A stretch of DNA of 64,000 bases from assembly GCA_030390025.1 (NCBI GenBank), contig CM059431.1, forward strand, positions 69,006,001-69,070,000, read 5' to 3'. The notes under the pieces were generated by a model. It was given only the letters and a program-made list of their open reading frames with translations. It was not told the origin of the DNA and searched no databases. Shown here one piece after another: positions 55,684 to 64,000 of the stretch (position 1 is its first letter; each line of letters opens with the position of its first letter). Origin of the DNA: Squalus acanthias. Lineage: Eukaryota. A program made the position numbers and the translations under genes.

Positions 55684-56904
55684 ATGGAAACCATTTATTT
55701 CCTTTCATTCTGGTCCTCAGATTTGGCGGACGAACAGCTGCGGCAGCAGCAGAACCAGGCACAACAGCAGCAACAACAGGAGCGCCAACCTGCTGCTCAC
55801 CCACCTGATGGTGCACAGGGCAGAAGGCGCCAGCACACCGAAGCACGTCGCCGCAGGAGATACCCCCAAAACAGGGTTTACAGGATGAGGATGAGCTTCC
55901 TCAACATGACTGAGCAGCAGTGCCAAAGGAGGCTGAGACTTTCGCGAGAGGTAGTTGGTGACATCTGCGCAATGCTGCACCAACACCTGTAGCCCAGAGG
56001 AGCGGGTGGACACCTCTTACCAGTGGCTGTCAAAGTCACCACCGCACTCAACTTTTTTGCTTCAGGCTCCTTCCAGGGATCATCAGCAGACATCAGCGGC
56101 ATCTCCAAGTCGGCCGCACACACTTGCATCATGCAGGTTACCGATGCCCTCTTTGCAAAGGCGCACAATTACATACACTTCTCCACAGATCAAGCAAGTA
56201 TAACTGCGCGTGCGGTTGGCATTGCAAATATGGCAGGCTTGTCAAGGGTGCAGGGCATCGTAGACTGCACACATGTGGCCCTTAAGGCACCCCATCACAA
56301 CCCAGCTCTTTTTGTCAACTGCAATGGCTTCCACTCCCTCAACGTGCAGCTGGTGTGTAACCACAAGAAGGACATTTTGCATGTTTGCGCCAAGTACCCT
56401 GGCAGTTGCCATGACTCGTTCATCCTGCGGCAGTCTAGTGTGCCTCCGCTCTTCAGTCCACCAAACCAACTTTGAGGATGGCTACTTGGAGACAAGGTCT
56501 ATCCCCTGAAGACCTGGCTAATGACACCGTTCAGGAGGACATCCAAAGAAGCTGAAGAGCGCTACAACTCCAGCCATATTTCGACCAGATCCATCATCGA
56601 GCAAACCATCGGCATGCTGAAGATGCGATTCAGATGTCTTGACAGATCAGGTGGAGCCCTACAGTATTCAGCAGCCAGGGTCTCCAGAATCGTCGTGGTC
56701 TGCTGTGCCCTGCACAACATCGCACAGCATTGTGGCTTGCAGCTGCCTGAGGAACAAGTGGCTCAGCGCATAGCCTCCTCAGATGAGGAGGAGGAGAACG
56801 AGAACGAAGACTTTGCGGATGCGCATCAACCAGCTGCAGCAGCACGCGAGCACATTGCTGCCCGGGATGCAAGGGATGCACTCATCTTGGTCAGATTTGC
56901 TTAA
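55684..56904 (+). pseudogene. Harbinger DDE transposase (406 codons, two in-frame stops)
   Basis: Single frame with stops at 55990-55992 and 56473-56475; [32 protein letters not shown] and CCALHN motifs. Confidence 0.93.
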
Positions 56905-57173
56905 GTTGCCCATTCAAACACATGTGCCTGGCACCTTCTTCCCACACCATAGACAATGGACAAGAACCTGTGGCTTCCTATCACTCTGACCACCATCATG
57001 ACAAAGACAATTCGCCCTGAGCCCTCAATGTGGAACTTCCATTTCTGAAATGACAGAGTCCAGAACTTCAACAGTTTGCCAACACTTCATTTTAATACAT
57101 TGACTAAAGGATAGCATTTAACAATTAAACACAACAGAACACCCAAGTGACTACCCTTGTGACTACTTGTGCT

Positions 57174-59106
57174 TTATCTTCCTCTTACGCATGCTCCTAC
57201 GTGGTGCTTCCCCTGTGGCTTCAGCAGATGTGGAGGCCCCTTGCTCACTCTCATGCTGCTCCTGTCTCGACACCTTTGGCGGGTGTCCTCTGGGTTGCGA
57301 GCCTGTGAGGGCTCGCCAACAGTCTGCTCCTCCTGCAGCAGTGCAGGGGCTGAGACGCCCATCTCAGTTGGGTGAGGACTTTGGTGGGGCTCTGACCGAG
57401 GGCTCCGAAGTGGCAGGAAAGTGTGAGCGCTTGGAGAGGAGCCCCCACTTCCTTGTTCTCTGCCACCAACATCCCTCTCATAAGTCAGCCCAACTTCAGA
57501 GCTAGCAAGTGGCTTGACAGCACCTTGCTTCATATCAGAGGGGCCATGAGGACCCGTTTCTGTACTGGCAGTCCTACTCCAGAGGACTTCCATGAAGGTC
57601 TGGTTTCTCTGATCAATAGCTGTCCATCGCTTCTCCAGAGATGTCAGTCTATTCTGAACATTCACCATGTTTTCCACACTCTGGCGATTTAGCTCCTCCA
57701 TGGCCGTAGCCATCCTTTCCACGGAGGTTGCCATCCTTTTCGCGGTGATGTGTTCATTCGCCAATACCTCCCCAGAGGCTCTGCTCATGTTAGCGTTGGA
57801 CTCCTCCATCCACTCCACACTCACAGTGACCCTGGAGACAAAACCTGCCGGAGACAAAACCTGCCAGAGACTCCTGTACTTGTTTCTGGAGTTTCAGCAC
57901 CGCTCTCCTTCTGGATGGACCTGGAGGCACAGGGTCCACATGCAGCCGAGCAGAGCTGGGAGCGCCCTGCGGCCTCCAACGAGGACTCTCCACTGCTGTC
58001 CCTGTCTCCACCATCTGCTGATGCTCACTTGTGAGCTGTGATATACCAAGTGATAACACTACTCTATGTCCCGAAGGTCCCACCGAGGTGTGCGTATCTG
58101 CACTGGTACTGGGTGCGCTTAATTCTGCTGACTCTGCACCCTCAGAGGCTGCAGGTTCCTCTAAGGAGTCTTCCGGCTTAGCCTCTTCCTCTTGGACAGT
58201 GGGGAGGGGGGCTGTCGATGGTCCTGTGGGGGAGTAAAGACATGAGTTAGACATGTGATATAAACGTAGCATGCACATTGAATAGTGCAGATGATCATAA
58301 GTCAATCTGTTTGAGCATCAGAAGCCATATCAGTCACTCATGCAATGTCAATGAGAGAGATGCAAATCTATTCTGTCACCAGCTTGCTCTGATGTGCCCG
58401 TCTGTCCGTCCCCCACTTCCATATCCTCCTCGGCGGCAACGATCTCTAGAGCCGCCTCCTCTGCGCTGGTAAGATGGGCTATTGAGGCTGGCCCTCCTCC
58501 GGTCTTCGCCCTTTCCCTCTTATTGTGGGCTCTCTTTTCTTGCAATGAGGGACACAAGTGGAGTTTGAGTGAGAATGATGGAGTGAGTGTAGATAATCCA
58601 TAGCATAGATGCTTAGAAGGACACAAAGATGGAGTGAGGTCCCAAGACCAAGGGCCCTCCCTGTGTGTTGTAAGTTGTTGCCATAGCATAACAGTGATAG
58701 GGAGTGTGAGGGCAGCATAGTTGAATAGTTAAGTGATTGTGCACATAGAGAGAGAGGGAATGGTTAAGGGTAAAGTGGGATGTGTAGGAGTAGGTTGACA
58801 ATGCAGAGTGATGGTGCTGAGAGGAGATGGGGAGCAGAATGAGGGTAAAGGTGATGGTATACTCACTTTGCCTGTTCGGACAAGGTCATTGAACCTCTTT
58901 CGGCACTGCAGCCAGGTTCTGCTGCACATCAATCTGGCACTCACCTCCTGGGCAACTTGCAGTAACACAGCTTTGGTCTGCTGAGGAGGTTTTTTCCTCC
59001 CAGAGGATGGAAAGAGCACCTCCTTTTGTGCTCTGGCTCCCTCCACCAGAGCATGGAGTGAGTCATGATTAAACCGAGGTGAGGCCTTGGGCCTTGAAGT
59101 CGACAT
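57174..59106 (-). pseudogene. Harbinger Myb/SANT-like gene: exons 59106-58867, 58539-58380, 58223-57174
   Basis: MSTSRPKASPRFNHDSL...RTWLQCRKRFNDLVRTGK|GTGAGT. The exon-2 acceptor reads CAA instead of CAG; a 16-bp tandem duplication (57834-57865) frameshifts exon 3. Confidence 0.9.
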
Positions 59107-61081
59107 TGCAATACCTCCAAAAACTCTCTTCAACAAAAGCAAACACAAGCGTTTAGGCACAAAATGAACCAAGGCTGCTTGGAGCCCTTAAATGCAGCTG
59201 GAGAAATGACGTCATCGGAGGCGAGTTTCAGGCCCAAAAAATTAATTGGGCCAGGGTTCACACACGCTGGGAATCAATTGCCCAATTAGGGCAAAATCGC
59301 AATTTTTTACGCCCGACAGCGGAGACGGGATTGGGACCCGCCGACCACTTGACCCGCACCCAACCTGCCACCAATGGCAAAATCGAGCCCTTTGTCTCGT
59401 AACATTTTCTCTCATTGTCTCTGTATCTGTATATTTGCCTTCAAGGCTTTTTTTTTCTGACTCGTTCTCCCTCTTTTACCTTTACCCAGTTAAATTAAGC
59501 AGTTCTGTCTTGTTTTAGCTTTGTGGATTTTTTGATTCAGTCACTAGTCATGAGGAGTATTTAAAAAATAAAAATATCTAGTCAGATTCAGAGTCAGAGA
59601 GAGGAACCAAGCTACTTTTGAACAAATGCAAGCTGTGCGACTTTTTATGTATGATAACAAGTTATTTTTCAATGGGGTTGACCGTTATTTGAATCCAGAA
59701 AGTAATTGAGGAGACTTTTGAGTTAGGCACCTGTTGAAGACGGAAGACAGACCCTATGGAGACATAACATAATTCCAGTAGCTAAAATAATTAATGGAAA
59801 GGTTGTTTTGTTTATTATCCTGTGCACACCACCAAAGGTTTACCTTGATATGAAGAAGATATTCTCAAAGGCATTAGAAGTTGAGACTCACCAATGAGAG
59901 TGAGCTAAAATATGAGAGCTGAAAAGCCTAGAGTAAGCAGGGTAAAAAGAGCCAAAAGCGAAGCAGTACTGGGGACAGATGAGGAGAGTCCATCTAGGAG
60001 CCACTGCAACAGCTACGGATGAGAAAGAAACTGAGGTATAGTGCCTGGGTTCAGAGGGAGCAGTGTGCATGACCTTGGGCTTGGATCACAAAAGAGCAGG
60101 AAATAGGATCCAGCTTGAGAGGGAGTCAGGTGCTGAGACCTGGGGCTACAGCAGATGCCTGCTGAATCCCTGCCTAGCCTGATTTGTCTTTACCAGCATT
60201 AATCCAGAGCCACACTAATCAAACATTGAACAATCATATCACTAGCAAGTGACACTCATAGGATGGTTACATGACTACAACTAACCAACAAGATTGCTAC
60301 GAAGTGACACTAACATTTTGGACCAACAAAATCACAGGGTAGATACAAATGAGGGAAGGCCCTTTTAACCCATCCATCCATAAAGGGCTCCGCCCCCACG
60401 TTATAATTTATCTCCGGGATTTTGCCTCCACCAGCAAAGCAGGAAGTCCACGTGTTGGCCACTCACTATATGAAGAAGAACTTCCTGTGCTCCCTCGTCC
60501 TACTGTCATAAATTTATTTGAAGTAGTGTTCCAAATTTACTTTTTCAATATGGTTTACTATATTGTATATGGCCACCAATGTTTCCCCTCTTTTTTTGGG
60601 GATGTGTGGTCCCTTTAACAGGCTGCACGGCCCATTTAAAATTTCGTGCATGTGCAAAATCTCCCATTCAAAAGCCGGTAAGCTGCCTGCGCAGGACCAC
60701 CAGACAGCTTAGCGGGAAGGTTGATGGCCACCTATCAATGGTTTCTTTTCAAGACTCAAACCGACTTTTTCAACCTATCCTCACAACTGAGCCCTCTGAC
60801 ACTAAGGGGGCGATTTTCTCACTGAAGGCGCGTTTCGGTTAGGGTGGGTTCGAAACCCGCCTCCACTGATAGTTTTGAAAAAAATTGCGATTTTTTTCCC
60901 CTGATTTTCACTTGATTTCAGAGGTGTGGGTTGCCCTTGGTCAATGAGTGTTTTGGGACTGAAACTCGCCTCTGCTGACATCACTTTACTAGCCTCATTT
61001 AAGGGCTGCTTGCTGCCTTGGATCATTCCACTGGATTTCAGCCAATGCTGCACCACCTGCAACATATTTTGAGAAACCACT

Positions 61082-61266
61082 ATGTCCAATTCCAAAGCAA
61101 GGGCCTCCCCGAGGTTCTCGGATGAAACGCTGTAAATGTTGGTTGAGGGGGTGACAGCTAGCAGGGAGGTGCTCTTCCATTCCTCTGGGAGGAAGGGGCC
61201 TCCCAAAGAAACCAAGGCGCTGTGGGTCCAGCTGGCAAGGGATATAACATCCAGATCTGTGTGCAG
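61082..61266 (+). pseudogene. Truncated Myb-like exon 1
   Basis: MSNSKARASPRFSDETL*MLVEGVTASREVLFHSSGRK...WVQLARDITSRSVC, then a deletion junction. Confidence 0.85.
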
Positions 61267-61497
61267 ATTGGGTGAATGTTTATATGTATTGATGAAATGC
61301 CATCCCTGTTTGAAAGCATTAAAATGATTTGTTGGCATCATGGCATCTGTTCTTTCGCCTTAGGCAGCTCCACATTGCGGGCTCCGTGACACTTGCGTTG
61401 TCAGGTTGGTGGCCAGAGTGAAAGGAGGCCAGAGAGTCATGTTCATTGTCAATGATGTCTTAAGATGGAGCCAAGGACATGTACCAACTTGGGCAAC

Positions 61498-62749
61498 CTA
61501 TGCAAATCTGGCCAGGATAAGTTCATCCCTTGCATCACGGGCAGCCATGCGCTCGCGTGCTGCCGCTGCTGCTGGTCAATAGACCGGCGCTCCGTCTTCT
61601 TCCTCTTCCTCCTTCCTCTTCCTCTTCCTCTTTCTCTTCCTCCTCATCTGAGGGGGCCTGGAACTGAGCCACTTGCTCATCAGGAAGCTGCAAGCCACGA
61701 CGCTGTGTGATGTTGTGCAGTGCACGGCAGACCATGACCATTCTGGCGACCCTGTATGGTGTATACTGCAGGGCTCCACCTGATCGTTCAAGGCATCGGA
61801 AGCGCATCTTCAACAACCCAATGGTTTGCTCGATGATGGACCTGGTCGAAGTGTGGCTGGCGTTGTAGCGCTCTTCAGCCTCGTTAGCTGGCCTCCTGAT
61901 CGGCTTCATTAGCCACTTCTTCAGGGGGTAGCCTTTGTCACCAAGGAGCCATCCGTTAAGTTAGTTTGGTGGATTGAAAAGTGGAGGAGCACTAGAGTGC
62001 CGCAGGATGAAAAAGTCATGACAACTACCACAGAACTTGGCGCAAACATGCAAAAACTCCTTCTTGTGGTTACACACCAGCTGTACGTTGAGGGAGTGGA
62101 AGCCCTTTCGGTTGACAAAGATAGCTGGGCTGTGATGGGGTGCCCTAAGGGCCACATGTGTGCAGTCTATGAGGCCCTGCACCATTGGCATGCCTGCCAT
62201 ATTTGCAAAGCCAACCGAACGCGTGATTATACTTGCTTGATCCCTTGAGAACGGGATGTAATTGTGGGCCTTAATGAAAAGGGCATCGGTAACCTGCGTG
62301 ATGCAACTGTGGGTGGCCGACTGGGAGATGCCGCTGATGTCTGCTGATGATCCCTGGAAGGAACCTGAGGCAAAGAACTTGAATGCAGAGGTGACTTTGA
62401 CAGCCACTGGTAAGGGGTGTCCACCCGTTCCTTTGGGCACCAGGTCTTGCTGCAGCAGTCCGCAGATCTCTCGGACAACCTCTCGCGAAAGTTTCAGCCT
62501 CCTTTGGCACTGCTGCTCATTCATGTTGAGGTCGCTCATCCTCTGTCTGTAAACTCTCTGTCGGGGGTATCTCCTGCGGCGAGGTGCCTCGATGCGCTGG
62601 CGCCTTCTGCCCTGTGCAGCATCAGGTGGGTGAGCAGGAGGTTGGGGCTCCTGCTGCTGTTGCTGCTGGGCTGCCTAGTTCTGCTGCTGCCGTGGATGCT
62701 CCTCATCCAAATATGAGGTCCATGGTGAAAGAAAATGAATGGTTCCCAT
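61498..62749 (-). pseudogene. Harbinger DDE transposase (frameshifted)
   Basis: [29 protein letters not shown] and [13 protein letters not shown] motifs; acidic C-terminal tract. Confidence 0.92.
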
Positions 62750-64000
62750 GCTGCTTGCAGATGCCTCCGTTGGGGAAGCGCTCATTGCAAGCGGGGAGAG
62801 GGTCTTCCAAGGAGGTCCCACAGTTGATAGATTCAAGCTGCAGCACCTCCGACTTCGGAAGGCCTGCTAAAAGTGCTCAAAGACCTTTTAAAGCAAAGTT
62901 TTGCCACCTGCAGCTAATCCCTGATGAAATAAACGATTTAATGTTTGAGCTGCAGCTGTGAGGAGACCACCCACTAGTCAACCCACCAGGTTTAGCTGGC
63001 GTGGTTTAGGAGGGTCGTGGAACACGCTGAAATGGTCGAAAAATAACGAGGGCCTCTGAAAATAGGCTTAGAGAAGCCCTTAACGAGCATTTAAGCCTCT
63101 TAACAACCTCTCTGGCCAGCTGGAGGCGGGACCGTTTCCCACCCTGCAAAATCGACACCGGCAAAATCACTTGGAGACAGGCTCCGAACCCACACTCATT
63201 TTTTCCGATTTTCCGGCCTCCAAACCCGCCTCCTCGGGGTTCAGAAAATCGCCCCCTATGTATCGTTCTTCCTGCATTTGAAGTAAGTAAGGATCAGATA
63301 TAGTTTATAATACTGAGCCATATTCTCCATTCTTTGCTTCCTGAGAGCGGCGCTCCCCATTGACAGGACAGGATTACGGAATTTACCCTGTTATTTTTAA
63401 TACCTATTAATTATGGGATTTCAATTATGGCACTTCAAATTGATTACTGCAGACGCCAGTCTAACTAGAATATACATGCATCACCAGCCAATTACCCATG
63501 CCATTTCACGTTCACTTGGGCCCATAAATTGTCATTTTGTGAAACTGCCTTACAAAGACAGAGCATTATGTGAGTACGTTCTAATCCCAAACTCTGCAAG
63601 AGTGGATGTACCTCAAATAGAGAACTACTTAATCCAACTGCTTTTTATTTTGTGAACCACAGAGTTGAAAGTAAAATGTTATCAGATTAAAATTTGCTGT
63701 GTTGATCTTTTTCTACTGTATAATCTTTCATGGAACATAATCCAAGCCATATGGTACAATAGAATGATTATTCTAAGAACTCGGACACTAAAGAGCTTGT
63801 GTCATTTCATTGAGCAAATTACAGTCACGAGAGTTGTGTTCGTCCATGGACAACGCTACATTACCAGATGTTGTGATATAAGATCATAGTGACTAATACT
63901 CACTTAAAGACCCTGGCACTTAGGGCAAGTGTGCTACCTGGTGAGAGCCTTAAAATTAAAACAATCTGGTTAGAGCTTTGCACAGTTTAAGTTTCTCTTT

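Larger units (their letters stand above)
55171..59390 (+). mobile_element. Full-length two-gene Harbinger transposon (4220 bp)
   Basis: TIRs GGGCTGGATTTTACCA / TGGCAAAATCGAGCCC; TSD TTT; convergent transposase and three-exon Myb-like gene. Confidence 0.95.
60806..63256 (-). mobile_element. Harbinger transposon with the Myb gene largely deleted (2451 bp)
   Basis: TIRs GGGGGCGATTTTCT / AGAAAATCGCCCCC; flanks TAA/TAT; close relative of 4136-6353. Confidence 0.93.

Noticed and set aside
55684-56904. Domesticated host gene HARBI1 (or NAIF1/MSANTD for the Myb ORFs)
   Set aside because: Multiple copies, TIRs and TSDs, and inactivating stops/frameshifts show these are transposon copies.
59400-64000. 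Third coding exon of the DEUP1-like gene
   Set aside because: No phase-0 exon encoding the expected continuing coiled coil was found; it presumably lies beyond the window.

Overview
Eukaryotic, repeat-dense genomic DNA, most consistent with a cartilaginous fish (shark); this is inferred from the CR1/L2/Penelope/DeuSINE repeat content. The only host gene I can support is the 5' part of a CEP63-family centriolar gene on the + strand, most likely DEUP1/CCDC67. It has a CpG-rich promoter and non-coding exon near 23.1-23.3 kb, a second RFX/E2F/Myb-rich regulatory region near 26.3-26.9 kb, and two coding exons (43148-43191 and 51609-51780) that splice in frame to MEEIIKGLEKNSRLRDSSCEAELQELMHQIDVMV... 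The rest is mostly nested mobile DNA. There are at least seven two-gene PIF/Harbinger transposon copies (DDE transposase plus convergent, intron-containing Myb/SANT gene), one of them full length at 55171-59390, and several hairpin-rich MITEs. There are many CR1 and L2 LINE fragments, some very young. Three Penelope-like insertions carry minimal hammerhead ribozyme motifs, two of them inverted-repeat insertions with 14-bp TSDs. Also present are solo LTRs, a DeuSINE-type SINE, a 39-bp minisatellite and a local ~550-bp duplication. All calls come from reading the sequence by eye; no database search was run.
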